Translations under genes and position numbers: made by a program | Notes under the pieces: model-generated | Told to the model about the DNA's origin: nothing | The model's database searches: none | Seen by the model: the letters and a program-made list of their open reading frames with translations, nothing else | In this document: positions 1 through 11,315 of the stretch, in pieces | Position numbering within the stretch: position 1 is the stretch's first letter | How the letters are laid out: each line of letters starts with the position of its first letter | Source of the DNA: an uncultured delta proteobacterium | GTDB taxonomy: Bacteria; Myxococcota; Myxococcia; Myxococcales; Anaeromyxobacteraceae | Direction: 5' to 3' | Length of the DNA stretch: 64,000 bases | Assembly: GCA_963814585.1 (NCBI GenBank) | Contig: CAWFDF010000008.1 | Span: forward strand, 416,001 to 480,000

Positions 1-114
1 GGGGCTGGCGTGGCGCGGGTCGGCGAGCCGGAGCAGGGCCTCCACCAGGGCGGTCTTGCCGGCGCCGTCCGCGCCGAGCATGGAGAAGGTGCGGATCACC
101 CGGGGCGTGGCCAT
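1..114 (-). CDS. N-terminal fragment of a translational GTPase, probably elongation factor G-like (runs off the window start)
   Basis: Manual translation from ATG at 114 gives MATPRVIRTFSMLGADGAGKTALVEALL, an IR-x-F...GxxxxGKT P-loop typical of EF-G-family N-termini. Confidence 0.6.
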   Translation of the reverse strand, partial: MATPRVIRTFSMLGADGAGKTALVEALLRLADPRHASP

Positions 115-174
115 GGTCTCGCTGCCTCCTGCCCGCTCGGCTGGCGGGTCGCTCGACTGGTGTGGAAGGTGAGT

Positions 175-1866
175 CTACTTGAGCTCCGCGAAGTCGTCCT
201 GCCAGAACTCGAGCTCCCCTCGAGCCCCCGAAGGGCCCCGCAGCAGTTCCCGCTTGCGCAATTCCACCCGCCGGATCTTGCCCGAGACGGTCTTGGGGAG
301 GTCGGAGAACTCCAGCCGGCGCACCCGCTGGTAGGGCGCCAGCCTCAGCCGGAGGAAGCGGAACAGCTCGAGGGCCAGCTCCCGCCCGGGCGGCCGGCCT
401 GGCTTCAGGATGATGTAGGCCTTGGGCACCAGCCCGCGCACCGCGTCGGGGCTGGGCACGATGGCCGCCTCGGCCACCGCCTCGTGCTCGATGAGGGCGC
501 TCTCCAGCTCGAACGGGGAGATCCGGTAGTCGGAGCTCTTGAAGACGTCGTCGGCGCGTCCCACGTAGGTGACGTAGCCCTCGGCGTCGCGGGTGGCCAC
601 GTCACCCGTGTGGAAGTGGGCATGGCGCGTCACGAAGTCGTTCAGGCTGGCGTCCCCCTCGTAGCCGGCCATGATCCCGGTCGGCCGCGGCGCGAGCGAG
701 ATGCAGATCTCCCCCTCCTCCGGCGCGGCGTGCCCCTCCTCGTCGAGCAGGGCGATCCGGTAGCCCGGCAACGGGCGCCCCATCGAGCCGGGCTTGAGCG
801 GCTGGCCGGGCGAGTTGCCCACCTGCGCGGTGGTCTCGGTCTGGCCGTAGCCGTCGCGGATGGTGATGCCCCAGGCCGCCCTCACCTTCTCGATCACCTC
901 GGGGTTGAGCGGCTCGCCGGCGCTGAGCGCCTCGCGGAGCTTCACCGGGTACCTCCTCAGGTCCTCGAGGATGAGCATCCGCCAGACGGTCGGAGGGGCA
1001 CAGAGGGTCGTCACCTGGTGCGTGGCGAGCACCTCCATCAGCTTGCCGCCATGGAAGCGAGCGTAGTTGTAGAGGAAGACCGTGGCGCCGGCGTTGAAGG
1101 GGGCGAAGAAGCTGGACCAGGCGTGCTTGGCCCACCCCGGCGAGGAGACGTTCATGTGGACGTCTCCCTCCTGCAGGCCCAGCCAGTACATGGTCGAGAG
1201 GTGGCCCACCGGGTAGCTGAGCTGCGTGTGGATCACCAGCTTGGGCTTGCGGGTCGTACCACTGGTGAAGTAGAGGAGGACGGGATCCGCCGGGAGGGAG
1301 TCGCCGTGTGGGATGAAGGCGGGCCACTCACCGTAGGCCTGCTCGAAGCGGGACCAGCCCGGCACCTGTCCGCCGACGACGTGGCGCTGGAAGCTCCCCG
1401 CCAGCCCGCGGAACTTCTCGCTGCCGGCGGTGTCGGTGACGACGTGGCCGACCCGCCCGCGCTCGATGCGATCGGCCAGGTCCTCCGGCGTCAGCAGCGA
1501 CGAGGCGGGGATGACCGCCACCCCCATCTTCATGGCGGCGAGCATCACCTCCCAGATCTGGATACAGTTGGGGAGCATCATCAGCACCCGATCGCCCCGC
1601 TTCACGTCATGGTGGCGCAGGTACATGGCCACGCGGTTGGAGCGATCGGCCAGCTGCGCATAGCTGACCTTCACCTCGCTCCCATCCTCCTCCACCAGGT
1701 GGACCGCGGTGCGCTGGTTCCCCTCGGCGATGACGTCGAACCAGTCGAGCGCCCAGTTGAACCGGTCGAGCACCGGCCAGCGAAAGTCGCGGTAGGCGGT
1801 GGCGTAGTCGGTCCGGTGCTGGACCAGGAAGTCCCTGGCGCGGCGGAAGATCTCGGTGGACGACAT
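175..1866 (-). CDS. AMP-dependent acyl-CoA synthetase (short/medium-chain acid-CoA ligase)
   Basis: YFTSGTTRKPK AMP-binding motif, GYGQTE, TGD and LPKTVSGKIRR. Confidence 0.93.
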   Translation of the reverse strand: MSSTEIFRRARDFLVQHRTDYATAYRDFRWPVLDRFNWALDWFDVIAEGNQRTAVHLVEEDGSEVKVSYAQLADRSNRVAMYLRHHDVKRGDRVLMMLPNCIQIWEVMLAAMKMGVAVIPASSLLTPEDLADRIERGRVGHVVTDTAGSEKFRGLAGSFQRHVVGGQVPGWSRFEQAYGEWPAFIPHGDSLPADPVLLYFTSGTTRKPKLVIHTQLSYPVGHLSTMYWLGLQEGDVHMNVSSPGWAKHAWSSFFAPFNAGATVFLYNYARFHGGKLMEVLATHQVTTLCAPPTVWRMLILEDLRRYPVKLREALSAGEPLNPEVIEKVRAAWGITIRDGYGQTETTAQVGNSPGQPLKPGSMGRPLPGYRIALLDEEGHAAPEEGEICISLAPRPTGIMAGYEGDASLNDFVTRHAHFHTGDVATRDAEGYVTYVGRADDVFKSSDYRISPFELESALIEHEAVAEAAIVPSPDAVRGLVPKAYIILKPGRPPGRELALELFRFLRLRLAPYQRVRRLEFSDLPKTVSGKIRRVELRKRELLRGPSGARGELEFWQDDFAELK

Positions 1867-1876
1867 TCGGGCCTCC

Positions 1877-2533
1877 TTACGAGCGCAGCGCTCCGGCCAG
1901 GCCGGGCAGTCCCTCGCCGAGCCCGTCCATCATGAACTGGATGGCGATGGCGACCAGCAGGAGCCCGGCCACCCGCTCGAGGATCGCCAGGGAGGTCCTG
2001 CCCAGCACCTTCTCGGTGCGGGCGGCGCCGGCCAGGATGAACCCGGCCGCGGCGCAGGTCACCGCGATGGCCAGCAGCACCGCGGCCACCTGCCACCAGG
2101 GTCCGCCGCGGGCCTGCGCCATCAGCACGATGGCGGTGGCGATCGAGCCGGGGCCGGCCAGCAGCGGCATGGCCAGCGGCACGATGGCGATGTCGTCCTT
2201 GCCGGCCCCCTCCTCCACCTCGCCCTCGGTGATGCGCGTCTTGGAGGGCTGGGTCCGGATCATGTCGAGCGCCAGCAGCAGCAGCACCACGCCTCCGGCC
2301 ACCTTGAAGGCCGGCAGCCCGATGCCGAGCAGCTTGAAGATCCAGGATCCACCCAGCGCGAAGCCGGAGAGGACCAGCGCCGCGGTGATGGAGGCACGCA
2401 GCGCCGTCTCGCGCCGCTTCTCGACGGAGTCCCTCCTGGTCATGGCCAGGAAGATCGGCACCGCCGAGAGCGGGTCGACGACGAAGAAGATGGCCGACAG
2501 GGCGACCAGGAAGATGGCGAGGGCCTCGTTCAC
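1877..2533 (-). CDS. MarC family membrane protein
   Basis: VDPLSAVPIF and IAIVPLAMPLLAGPGSI motifs, about 6 TM helices; GTG start at 2533 chosen. Confidence 0.9.
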   Translation of the reverse strand: MNEALAIFLVALSAIFFVVDPLSAVPIFLAMTRRDSVEKRRETALRASITAALVLSGFALGGSWIFKLLGIGLPAFKVAGGVVLLLLALDMIRTQPSKTRITEGEVEEGAGKDDIAIVPLAMPLLAGPGSIATAIVLMAQARGGPWWQVAAVLLAIAVTCAAAGFILAGAARTEKVLGRTSLAILERVAGLLLVAIAIQFMMDGLGEGLPGLAGALRS

Positions 2534-2684
2534 GGGTGGAGAAGATACCCGGGAACGGGGCCCCCGTCGCGCCCCACCGTCACGGGAGCGCCTCCCGCGG
2601 GCCCCGGGGCGAACGAGGCCGGCCCTCGCCGCGCCCGGCCTCGCCCGCCTCGCGGCGGCCGGGGCCACGAGGGGGGCGCCGGGG

Positions 2685-3398
2685 CTACCAGCCGCTCAGG
2701 CGGATCGACCAGACCTTGCGGATGGCCTCGAGGACGATCCGGCGCGACATCTTCGAGTGCCCGACCCGCCGGTCGGCGAAGACGATGGGAATCTCGCGGA
2801 TGGTGAAGCGGCGGCGTGCCGCCCGGTAGGTCAGCTCGATCTGGAACGCGTAGCCGGTGCACTCGACGGTGTCGAGGCCGATGCCCTCCAGGACCTCTCG
2901 CCGGAAGCACTTGAAGCCTCCGGTCAGGTCGCGAACCCGAAGGCCCAGGATGGTCCGGGCGTAGAGGCTGCCGCCGCGCGAGATGAGCTTGCGCACCAGC
3001 CCCCAGTTCACCGTGCCGCCTCCTTTCACGTATCGTGAACCAAGGACGAGGTCGGCCTCCTCGGCCGCCGCCAGCATGGCCGGCAGGTACCTCGGATCGT
3101 GGGAGAAGTCGCAGTCCATCTCCAGCACCAGCCCGTAGTCCCGGGCCAGCGCCCAGGCGAAGCCGGCCAGGTAGGCCCGCCCCAGCCCCTCCTTGCCGGC
3201 CCGGTGCAGCACCTTCACCCGCGGCTCGCGGGCGGCGATCTCGTCGGCCAGGCGGCCGGTGCCGTCCGGCGAGTTGTCGTCGATCACCAGCACGTCGACC
3301 TGCGGGACCGCCGCCAGGATGGCGTCGATCATGGGCGCCAGGTTCTCGCGCTCGTCGTAGGTGGGCAGGCAGACCAGCGCCTGGCGTGCGGGCGTCAT
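2685..3398 (-). CDS. Polyprenol monophosphomannose synthase-like GT2 glycosyltransferase
   Basis: PTYDE, DDNSPDGTG, MDCDFSHDP, GSRY and DLTGGFKCF motifs; ATG overlaps the lpxB stop. Confidence 0.9.
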   Translation of the reverse strand: MTPARQALVCLPTYDERENLAPMIDAILAAVPQVDVLVIDDNSPDGTGRLADEIAAREPRVKVLHRAGKEGLGRAYLAGFAWALARDYGLVLEMDCDFSHDPRYLPAMLAAAEEADLVLGSRYVKGGGTVNWGLVRKLISRGGSLYARTILGLRVRDLTGGFKCFRREVLEGIGLDTVECTGYAFQIELTYRAARRRFTIREIPIVFADRRVGHSKMSRRIVLEAIRKVWSIRLSGW

Positions 3399-4531
3399 CT
3401 CGACAGCACCTCCACCACCTCGCGCGCCACCCGCTCGGGCGCGCCGGGCTCCCCCAGCGTCGCCCGGACCTCTCGCAGCCCGGCCAGCTGCGCCTGGCGG
3501 GCCGGCCCCTCGGCCAGCACCCGCTCGAGGGCCGCCGCCAGCCCCTCGCCGGAGGCGGCGCCCTGGAGCAGCTCCTGCACCACCTCGCGGCCCACCAGCA
3601 GGTTGACCAGCGAGACGTGGGTGAGCTTGATGAGCAGCCTCCCGATGAAGTAGGTGAACCAGGAGACCCGGTAGGTCACCACCATGGGCCGGAGCATCAG
3701 CCCGGCCTCCAGGGCGGAGGTGCCGCTCTTCACCAGCGCGGCATCGCTCGCCCCGACGGCCTCCCCGGTCCGGCCTTCGACCAGCTTCACGTCCAGCGTG
3801 GCGTGGGCCGCCAGGTGGGGCGCCAGCAGCGCCCGATCGAGCGTCGGGGCCACCGGCAGCACGAACTGCACGTCCGGGTGGCGGGCGCGCAGCCGCTCGG
3901 CGGCATCGAGCATGGGTGGCAGGAGCCGGGCGATCTCGCCGCGGCGGCTGCCGGGGACGATGGCGATGGTGGTCCGGTCCGGAGCCAGTCCGAGCAGGTC
4001 GCGGTAGGCCCGCGGTGGCGCCGGGAGGGGCCGCTCGGCGAACGGGTGCCCCACGAAGCGGGCCTGCACGCCGGTGCCGCGGTAGGCCTCGACCTCGAAG
4101 GGCAGGATGCAGAGCATCCGGTCGACCACGCGGGCGATCTGGGAAGCCCGCCCCTTCCGCCAGGCCCAGATGGTCGGCGAGATGTAGTAGACGACCTTGA
4201 CGCCCAGCTTCTTGAGCTTGGCGGCCAGCCGCAGGTTGAAGTCGGGGAGATTGACCAGCAGCGCCACCACGGGACGCCGCGCCTCGGCGGCGCGCGCCAG
4301 CCCGCGGAGGATGGCGAAGATGCGGGGGAGGCGGGGCAGGACCTCGACGAGTCCCATCACGCTGATGTCCTCGGCCGGGTAGAGCGTCTCCAGGCCGGCC
4401 GCCCGCAGCGACGGCCCCCCCACGCCGAAGGCGTGCAGGCCGGGGCGGAGCTTGCGCAGCTCGGCCAGCGCGCGCGCCGCGTGGAGGTCCGCGCTGGCCT
4501 CGCCGGCGACGATCAGGATTTCCTCGGCCAC
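3395..4531 (-). CDS. lpxB: Lipid-A-disaccharide synthase
   Basis: IVAGEASADLH, VMGLVEV, YYISPTIWAWR, ILPFE, FVGHP, PGSR and KSGT motifs. Confidence 0.95.
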   Translation of the reverse strand: MAEEILIVAGEASADLHAARALAELRKLRPGLHAFGVGGPSLRAAGLETLYPAEDISVMGLVEVLPRLPRIFAILRGLARAAEARRPVVALLVNLPDFNLRLAAKLKKLGVKVVYYISPTIWAWRKGRASQIARVVDRMLCILPFEVEAYRGTGVQARFVGHPFAERPLPAPPRAYRDLLGLAPDRTTIAIVPGSRRGEIARLLPPMLDAAERLRARHPDVQFVLPVAPTLDRALLAPHLAAHATLDVKLVEGRTGEAVGASDAALVKSGTSALEAGLMLRPMVVTYRVSWFTYFIGRLLIKLTHVSLVNLLVGREVVQELLQGAASGEGLAAALERVLAEGPARQAQLAGLREVRATLGEPGAPERVAREVVEVLSR

Positions 4532-4650
4532 TCCGGCCGTATAGCACGTCCCCGGCAGGCGCCGCGGTCCGGGGAGGCGCGGCGAGCGGACCACGAACCT
4601 TCCTCGCCTGGAGCGGCTCCAACGAGGCACCACCTCCCCTCGGAGCCTCC

Positions 4651-5067
4651 ATGTCCCGGTCTCGCATCCCCTTCGCCCTGGTCGCCGCCCTCGGAGTCGG
4701 CCTCGGCCTCGGCGCCGTCGCCTGCTCGCGGAGCGATGCCGCCCCGCCGGCCGCCACCGTCGCGCCCTCCCACGCGGCCCAGCCGCCCTCGGCCGGGCTG
4801 CCGAGGCTGGTCTTCTTCATGAACCCCAGCGGCCGGCCCTGCCAGCTGCAGGACCAGGTCCTCGAGGAACTCGCCCCGTCGCTGCAGGGGCGTGCCCAGA
4901 TCGTGCGCTTCCGCACCACCACGCCTGGCGACCTGGCCATGTTCGAGCGCTTCGGCATCCGCTCGCTCCCGCAGCTGGTGGTGACCGACGCCACCGGGCG
5001 GGAGCTGCGCCGGGCCACGCCCGGGATCCTGGCGGCCGATCAGGTCCTCCAGCTGCTCTCCCGGTGA
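4651..5067 (+). CDS. Thioredoxin-fold lipoprotein with an atypical GRPC active site
   Basis: Lipobox-like GAVAC; LVFFMNPSGRPCQ and FGIRSLPQLVV (cis-Pro loop) fit the thioredoxin fold. Confidence 0.75.
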   Translation: MSRSRIPFALVAALGVGLGLGAVACSRSDAAPPAATVAPSHAAQPPSAGLPRLVFFMNPSGRPCQLQDQVLEELAPSLQGRAQIVRFRTTTPGDLAMFERFGIRSLPQLVVTDATGRELRRATPGILAADQVLQLLSR

Positions 5068-5074
5068 GTCGCCC

Positions 5075-5722
5075 GTGGACCTGAGCCTCTCCTCGGCGGC
5101 GCTCGCCTTCGGTGCCGGTCTCGCCAGCGTGCTGAGCCCGTGCGTGCTGCCGGTGGTCCCGCTCATCGTCACCGGCACGGCCGACGAGCACCGCACCCGC
5201 CCCGCCCTCGTCGTCTCCGGGCTCGCCGCCAGCTTCGTCGCCATGGGCGTCCTCATGGCCCTCTTCGGGGCCACGGTGGGACCGCTCATGCCGGGCCTGG
5301 AGAAGGTGGTGGCCGTCCTGGTGATCGTCTTCGGCCTGCTCCTCCTCCTCGACGTCAACCTCTTCAAGCGGCTCGCCTGGCTGCAGCGGATCCAGCCCGG
5401 GACGGGCGGCCGCTGGTCGGGGCTGGTGCTGGGCGCCAGCCTCGGGCTGGTCTGGATCCCCTGCGTAGGCCCGATGCTCTCGGCGGTGCTGGCCACCGTC
5501 GCCACCGAGGGGCGGCTCGCCTCCGGCTTCCTGCTGCTGCTCATCTACTCGGCCGGCTTCGCCGTCCCCATGCTGGCCGTCGGCTACGGCTCGCAGGCGC
5601 TGCGCCGGAGGATCCGCGCCATCGCCTCGCGGCCGCTGGTGGTGCGCTGGGGTTCGGGGCTGCTCCTCATCGCCTTCGGCCTCGTCATCCTGGACAAGGG
5701 CATGCTCTTCGCGGGGATGTAG
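5075..5722 (+). CDS. ccdA: Cytochrome c biogenesis CcdA / DsbD transmembrane domain protein
   Basis: LSPCVLPVVP and WIPCVGP redox cysteines, about 6 TM helices. Confidence 0.88.
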   Translation: MDLSLSSAALAFGAGLASVLSPCVLPVVPLIVTGTADEHRTRPALVVSGLAASFVAMGVLMALFGATVGPLMPGLEKVVAVLVIVFGLLLLLDVNLFKRLAWLQRIQPGTGGRWSGLVLGASLGLVWIPCVGPMLSAVLATVATEGRLASGFLLLLIYSAGFAVPMLAVGYGSQALRRRIRAIASRPLVVRWGSGLLLIAFGLVILDKGMLFAGM

Positions 5723-5782
5723 CGAGGGGCCTCGGCGCGAGTTAGACCTTCGACGGGTCACGGCCCGAGGAGGCCGCACGCG

Positions 5783-8293
5783 ATGCCCGAGTCCGCAGCC
5801 CCGACCACCGCCGCTCCAGCCCCGCCACCGACGCGCGACCCGGTCTGTGGCGCAGAGGTCGATCCCGCCGGTCCGCCGGGCGGCACGGTGGAGCGCGGCC
5901 GCTACCGCTACCACTTCCACGACCCGGCCTGCCGCGCCCGCTTCGAGGCCGAGCCCACGCGCTGGTTCGCCGTCGACCCGGTCTGCGGCATGGAGGTCAA
6001 CCCGAAGGCGCCGCGGGGCGGCACCTGCGACCACCAGGGGACCAGCTACCACTTCTGCAGCCCGCGGTGCCGGGCGAAGTTCGAGGCCGATCCAGCCGGC
6101 GTCCTCGCTCTCCGGCGCCTCGGGCCGACCGCGGCGCCGCCCCCGGCCGCGCCGCCCGGCGCCGAGGTGGTCTGGGTCTGCCCCATGGATCCGGAGGTCC
6201 GCGAGAAGTCCCCCGTGCCCTGCCCGATCTGCGGCATGGCGCTGGAGCCGCTGGTGGTGGGCGGGATGCCGAGCGCCGACGAGCCGCCCAGCCCCGAGCT
6301 GGCCAGCATGACCCGCCGGTTCTGGTGGGGCCTGCCGCCCACGCTGGCCCTGCTGGTGGTGGCCATGGGCGACATGGCCGCCGGGATGCAGCTGCGCCAC
6401 GCCCTCGGCTTCCGCGCCTTCGCGCTGCTGCAGCTGGCGCTCTCGGCGCCGGTGGTGCTGGTGGGGGGCTGGCCCTTCTTCGAGCGGGCCTGGCTCTCCC
6501 TGCGCACCTGGAAGCTCAACATGTTCACGCTGATCGGGATCGGCACCGCCGCCGCCTTCCTCTTCAGCGGACTGGCCACGGTGCTGCCGGCGGATTCCTT
6601 CCCGGCCGCCTACCTCGAGCACGGCGCGCCCCCCATCTACTTCGAGTCGGCCGCGGTCATCGTCGAGCTGGTCTGCCTCGGCCAGGTGCTGGAGCTGAGG
6701 GCCAGGAGCCGCGTCTCCGGCGCCATCCGCGCCCTGCTCCGGCTGGCCCCCAGGACCGCTCGCCGCGTCGCCGCCGATGGGATCGAGCAGGACGTCGAGG
6801 TGGCCACCCTGCAGGTGGGCGACCTGCTGCGGGTCCGCCCCGGAGAGAAGGTCCCCGTCGACGGCCGGGTGGTCTCGGGCGCCTCCAGTGTCGACGAGTC
6901 CATGGTGACCGGCGAGCCGGTGCCGGTGGAGAAGCAGGAGGGGGATCCGGTCACGGGCGCCACGGTCAACGGCACCGGCGGCTTCGTGATGCGCGCCGAG
7001 CGCGTCGGCGGCGACACCCTGCTCTCGCACATCGTCCGCATGGTGATGGACGCGCAGCGGACCCGCGCCCCCATCCAGCGGCTGGCCGACGTGGTCTCGG
7101 GTTGGTTCGTCCCGGGGGTGGTGGCCTCGGCGCTCCTCGCCTTCGCGCTCTGGGCGCTGGTCGGCCCGGAGCCCCGGCTGGCCCACGGGCTGGTGGCGGC
7201 GGTGGCGGTGCTGATCATCGCCTGCCCCTGCGCGCTGGGCCTGGCCACCCCCATGGCCATCATGGTCGGCACCGGTCGTGGCGCCACCGCGGGCGTGCTG
7301 GTGAAGAGCGCCGAGGCGCTGGAGCGGCTGGAGAAGGTCAGCGTGCTGCTGGTCGACAAGACCGGCACGCTCACCATCGGCAAGCCAGCCCTCTCGGGCG
7401 TGACGCCGGCGTCGCCGTTCACCGAGGCCGAGGTGCTGCGCCTGGCCGCGGCGCTGGAGCGGAGCTCGGAGCACCCGCTGGCCGCCGCGGTGACGGCGGG
7501 AGCGGCGGCGCGGGGCGTGGCCGGGGCCGAGGCCACCGGCTTCGAGGCCATCCCAGGTCGCGGCGTGCGCGGCTCGGTGGAGGGGCGGCGTGCCCTGCTC
7601 GGCACCGCCGCCTTCCTCGCCGAGCAGGCCGTCGACACCGCCCCGCTGGCCGAGGCCGCCGAGCGGGCCCGCGCCGAAGGGGCCACCGCCATGTTCCTGG
7701 CCCTCGACGGCCGGCTGGCCGGGTTGATCACCGCCGCCGATCCGGTCAAGCCCGGCGCCGCCGAGGCCCTGGTGGCGCTGCGCGCCGAAGGGCTGCAGGT
7801 GGTGATGGTGACCGGCGACGCCCGGACCACCGCGCTGGCCGTCGCCGCCCGGCTCGGCATCACCCAGGTGGAGGCCGAGGTCCACCCCGCCGACAAGGCG
7901 GCGGTGGTGGCGCGCTACCAGGCTCGAGGCCTCTCAGTCGCCATGGCTGGAGATGGCATCAACGACGCCCCGGCGCTGGCCGCCGCCGACGTCGGCATCG
8001 CCATGGGGACCGGCGCCGACGTGGCCATCGAGAGCGCCGGGCTGACGCTGGTGAAGGGGGACCTGGCCGGCATCGTCCGGGCCCGCCGACTCTCCCGCGC
8101 CACCATGCGCAACATCCGCCAGAACCTCTTCTGGGCCTTCGCCTACAACGCCGCCGGCGTGCCGCTGGCGGCCGGGCTGCTCTTCCCGCTCACGGGGATG
8201 GTCCTCTCGCCGATGATCGCCAGCGCCGCGATGAGCTTCAGCTCGGTGACGGTGATCGCCAACGCGCTGCGGCTGCGCCACGCCAGGCTGTAG
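5783..8293 (+). CDS. copA: Cu(I)-translocating P1B-type ATPase with two YHS domains and a heavy-metal-binding motif
   Basis: DPVCG...YHF twice, CPMDP...CPICGM, TGE, CPC, DKTGT, EHP, GDGIND, YN and MSFSS motifs. Confidence 0.93.
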   Translation: MPESAAPTTAAPAPPPTRDPVCGAEVDPAGPPGGTVERGRYRYHFHDPACRARFEAEPTRWFAVDPVCGMEVNPKAPRGGTCDHQGTSYHFCSPRCRAKFEADPAGVLALRRLGPTAAPPPAAPPGAEVVWVCPMDPEVREKSPVPCPICGMALEPLVVGGMPSADEPPSPELASMTRRFWWGLPPTLALLVVAMGDMAAGMQLRHALGFRAFALLQLALSAPVVLVGGWPFFERAWLSLRTWKLNMFTLIGIGTAAAFLFSGLATVLPADSFPAAYLEHGAPPIYFESAAVIVELVCLGQVLELRARSRVSGAIRALLRLAPRTARRVAADGIEQDVEVATLQVGDLLRVRPGEKVPVDGRVVSGASSVDESMVTGEPVPVEKQEGDPVTGATVNGTGGFVMRAERVGGDTLLSHIVRMVMDAQRTRAPIQRLADVVSGWFVPGVVASALLAFALWALVGPEPRLAHGLVAAVAVLIIACPCALGLATPMAIMVGTGRGATAGVLVKSAEALERLEKVSVLLVDKTGTLTIGKPALSGVTPASPFTEAEVLRLAAALERSSEHPLAAAVTAGAAARGVAGAEATGFEAIPGRGVRGSVEGRRALLGTAAFLAEQAVDTAPLAEAAERARAEGATAMFLALDGRLAGLITAADPVKPGAAEALVALRAEGLQVVMVTGDARTTALAVAARLGITQVEAEVHPADKAAVVARYQARGLSVAMAGDGINDAPALAAADVGIAMGTGADVAIESAGLTLVKGDLAGIVRARRLSRATMRNIRQNLFWAFAYNAAGVPLAAGLLFPLTGMVLSPMIASAAMSFSSVTVIANALRLRHARL

Positions 8294-8541
8294 GCCGGCG
8301 GCGGCGCCTGCTCCAGAGGAGCGGCGCCCGGGAGCGGCGGGTTGCCGCCGCGTGCCAGCGAGAGGCTCCCGGGAGCGGCGGGGCCTCGCCGGCCGGGAGC
8401 GAGCCGCGCAGCCCCATCACCGCTCGCACTGGCGGACCGGCCGCTGGCGAGCGGGCGCGCCGCAGGCGGGACGAGCTCCCCGGCCCGGCGGGGCTCCGCC
8501 GCGACCACGGGAGCCGATGCGTGCCAGCGAGACTCCGGCCG

Positions 8542-9123
8542 CTACGAGCTGGCCCGGTCGATCACCTTCTCCAGCGTCGGGCCGCGCCAGGCCGCGAACC
8601 GGTCGAGCAGCCCGTCCGGCTCGTCCCCGACGAGGAGCAGCCGCCGGTGGGCGGGGCGCAGGAAGCCGGCGCCCACCGCACGGTCGAGGAACTCGGCCAG
8701 CGGCCGGTAGTACCCGGCCACGTCGAGCAGGCCCACCGGCCGCGCGTGCAGCCCGAGCTGCGCCCAGGTGAGCACCTCGGACAGCTCCTCCAGCGTCCCC
8801 ATCCCGCCCGGCAGGGCCACGAAGCCGTCGGAGAGCTCGGCCATCAGCGCCTTGCGCTCGTGCATCGAGCCGACCACGTGCAGGGTGCTGAGCGATCGGT
8901 GGGCCAGCTCCCGGATCTGGAGCACCTGCGGGATGACTCCGATGACCTCGCCGCCGCCCGCCAGCGCCGCGTCGGCCACCGCCCCCATCAGCCCAACCGA
9001 GCCGCCCCCGTAGACCAGCCCCAGCCCGCGCCGGGCCAGCGTGGCGCCCATGGTGCGCGCCGCCTCGAGGTACCTCGGGTCGTGTCCGGGGGACGAGCCG
9101 CAGAAGACGCAGATCCTCTTCAT
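8542..9123 (-). CDS. LOG family nucleotide phosphoribohydrolase (TIGR00730-type)
   Basis: [25 protein letters not shown] and PGGMGTLEE motifs. Confidence 0.93.
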   Translation of the reverse strand: MKRICVFCGSSPGHDPRYLEAARTMGATLARRGLGLVYGGGSVGLMGAVADAALAGGGEVIGVIPQVLQIRELAHRSLSTLHVVGSMHERKALMAELSDGFVALPGGMGTLEELSEVLTWAQLGLHARPVGLLDVAGYYRPLAEFLDRAVGAGFLRPAHRRLLLVGDEPDGLLDRFAAWRGPTLEKVIDRASS

Positions 9124-9162
9124 GGTTGGACGAGCATACCGCCGGCGTGGCATGTAGCGCCC

Positions 9163-9465
9163 GTGCGCCTGTCCCGTCCCCGCGTCCTGCTCCGGCTGGT
9201 CCTCTTGCTGGTCGGCGCGACCTTCATGGCCTGGAAGGCCTGGGACACCGAGCGGGCCTCGGGCGTGGCCGGCCTGGCGCCCGGCGACGCGCTGCTGCTC
9301 CACCGGATCGCGCTGGTCGAGCTGCTCCTTGCCGTGCTGGCGCTCGGCACGGCGCTGGCGGCCGGCCTGTCGCTCCGCGCCCGCCCGGCGCGCCGGCGGC
9401 TCGGGCTGGTGCCTCCGCACCCTCCCGGCGGCGGCCCGGCCCGCCACGACGGCCCCGATCAGTAG
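9163..9465 (+). CDS. Small two-TM membrane protein of unknown function
   Basis: GTG start; two hydrophobic stretches ([16 protein letters not shown] and [21 protein letters not shown]); fills the gap between the LOG and SpoIID genes. Confidence 0.55.
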   Translation: MRLSRPRVLLRLVLLLVGATFMAWKAWDTERASGVAGLAPGDALLLHRIALVELLLAVLALGTALAAGLSLRARPARRRLGLVPPHPPGGGPARHDGPDQ

Positions 9466-11243
9466 ATCCGCGCCACCTCGGCGCCGGAGAAGTAGGCCCT
9501 CAGGATCTGCCGGTACCCCTGCCCGGCCTCGGCCCGGCCGACCGCGCCCCACTGGCACATCCCGGCGCCGTGCCCCCAGCCTCCGCCGTGCAGCACCCAG
9601 TCCGGACCCTCTCGGTCGATGGTGAACATCGCCGAGGGGAGGTTGCGCAGCAGGCGCCGGATGCGCAGCTCGCCGGCGAGATCGGCCGCCCCGGCCGTCC
9701 CCTCGACGCGCAGCGAGGTGGCCCGCCCCGAGACGCCGCGGGCGACCACCGAGAGGCCGCGCACCTCGCCGACGCCGAGCTTCTCGGCCAGCAGCTCCAG
9801 GTCACCGGGCGTGAAGCGTCGCTCCCAGCGGAACCGATCCTTGCGCGCCGCCGCCGGCCGCCGGCACCAGGCGTCGACCGGGGTGGTCAGGAAGCGGCGC
9901 AGCGTCCCCTCGTCGCGCAGCGTCCCGGCCCAGGCCGCGGCTCCGCCGCCGGCGAGGTCGGGCTGCCCGCGCAGGCTGGCGCTCGGCGTGACTGGCCAGA
10001 CCGCGTCGTTGTCCTCCCCGTGGCCGCCGCAGAGCGCCGAGTAGACGCCGTCCACCAGCGTCCGGTCGGCCTTGCCAAAGAGGGCCTCGCCGGCGGTGGC
10101 CCGGATGGCCTCGTCGGTCCGTGGGTGCGCGGCCCCGGCCCCGCGGTAGGCCTGGCAGTGGACCTCGGCGCAGATGACGTACGGATCGGCCAGGTGGCGG
10201 GTGCCGAGCTGGGCCAGGACGTTGGATTGGGCGGTCACCGCCTGGGCCTTGAGCGCCTCGAGGTGGGACGAGGCCGGCATCTCGGCCGGCACCAGCCCGC
10301 GCAGCAGCTCCTCGAGCGGCACCACCGCCACCAGCGCCAGGCGTCCGGAGGCGTCGAGGGTCGCCACCAGCCGCGACCGGTAGCGCCGCTCCTCCCGCGC
10401 CGGCTTGCCGTCCAGGGCGTGCTCGACCGCCTCGACCGCCAGCCCGCCGTCGTCCAGCGGCTCGACGGTGACCGCGGCGTCGGCGTCCCCGAGCGGACCA
10501 GCCTCGCTGGCGACGTCGAGGCGGCCGCGCGGGCGGGCCACCAGCTCCTCGTCGAGCGTGAGCCTCTGTCCGGAGCGGGCCTGGAGGGCATCGGCTCGCG
10601 CCTGCGCGCTGCGCTGGTCCCGCTCCCCCTCGGCCAGCAGCAGCTGGCGGCGGGTGTCCACGACGCGGCCGGCGATCCCGTAGACCCCCCCGATGGTCCG
10701 CAGCCGGACCGCCACGCCACGCGCGACCCAGTCGGCCCGCGCCGCCTCGATCCGCGCCCGGTCCGCCCAGGCCGCCTCGGCCAGCAGGGGCGCGGCCTCC
10801 AGCCTCGCCGGCGCCGTGCCCCGGGCCTGGACCACCAGGCGCGTCCCCTCCTGGAGCAGGACGGTCGGGCCAGCCCGCAGCACCAGCCGGGCCCGACCGA
10901 CCGTCCGGATCGCCAGGTGCTGCTGCCCCTCCATGAGCCGGATGGTCACCAGCGGCTGGCCCCCCGGTCCGAACTCGATCCGGTGTCCCCAGAGCAGGTC
11001 CAGGACATCGGCGCCGCTGGACGTGGCCGGCGCCGGCGTGGCGTGGGGTGGCGGCTCTGGCGGCGGCGTCGGAGGCGGCAGCGGCGGCGGCAGCCGGTCG
11101 GTGGCCTCGGGCGACGAGACGGCCTGGCGCGACGGCGGGTCCGATGCGGCGCCCGCCACCGCCGCGGCGGCGAGGAGCGAGGCCATGAGGAGCGTGACCA
11201 GCCCGCGCCGGCCACTCCCGACCTGATCTGGGGATGGAGCCAT
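9459..11243 (-). CDS. SpoIID/LytB domain protein (secreted lytic transglycosylase-like)
   Basis: Signal peptide, [25 protein letters not shown] and [15 protein letters not shown] motifs. Confidence 0.9.
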   Translation of the reverse strand: MAPSPDQVGSGRRGLVTLLMASLLAAAAVAGAASDPPSRQAVSSPEATDRLPPPLPPPTPPPEPPPHATPAPATSSGADVLDLLWGHRIEFGPGGQPLVTIRLMEGQQHLAIRTVGRARLVLRAGPTVLLQEGTRLVVQARGTAPARLEAAPLLAEAAWADRARIEAARADWVARGVAVRLRTIGGVYGIAGRVVDTRRQLLLAEGERDQRSAQARADALQARSGQRLTLDEELVARPRGRLDVASEAGPLGDADAAVTVEPLDDGGLAVEAVEHALDGKPAREERRYRSRLVATLDASGRLALVAVVPLEELLRGLVPAEMPASSHLEALKAQAVTAQSNVLAQLGTRHLADPYVICAEVHCQAYRGAGAAHPRTDEAIRATAGEALFGKADRTLVDGVYSALCGGHGEDNDAVWPVTPSASLRGQPDLAGGGAAAWAGTLRDEGTLRRFLTTPVDAWCRRPAAARKDRFRWERRFTPGDLELLAEKLGVGEVRGLSVVARGVSGRATSLRVEGTAGAADLAGELRIRRLLRNLPSAMFTIDREGPDWVLHGGGWGHGAGMCQWGAVGRAEAGQGYRQILRAYFSGAEVARIY

Positions 11244-11315
11244 CCGGAGCCACCCTACCGCGAGGCCCCGTCAGGTGAGGCGGAAGCCGGTGAGGCACGG
11301 CGCCAGGTTCCATCA

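Noticed and set aside
10..9465. Very long ORFs such as 10-1935(+), 4817-7885(-) and 6067-9465(+), and similar ones across the window (e.g. 30037-33006, 21858-24332)
   Set aside because: They are antisense or off-frame shadows of real genes, Arg/Gly/Pro-rich with no motifs, as expected in high-GC DNA
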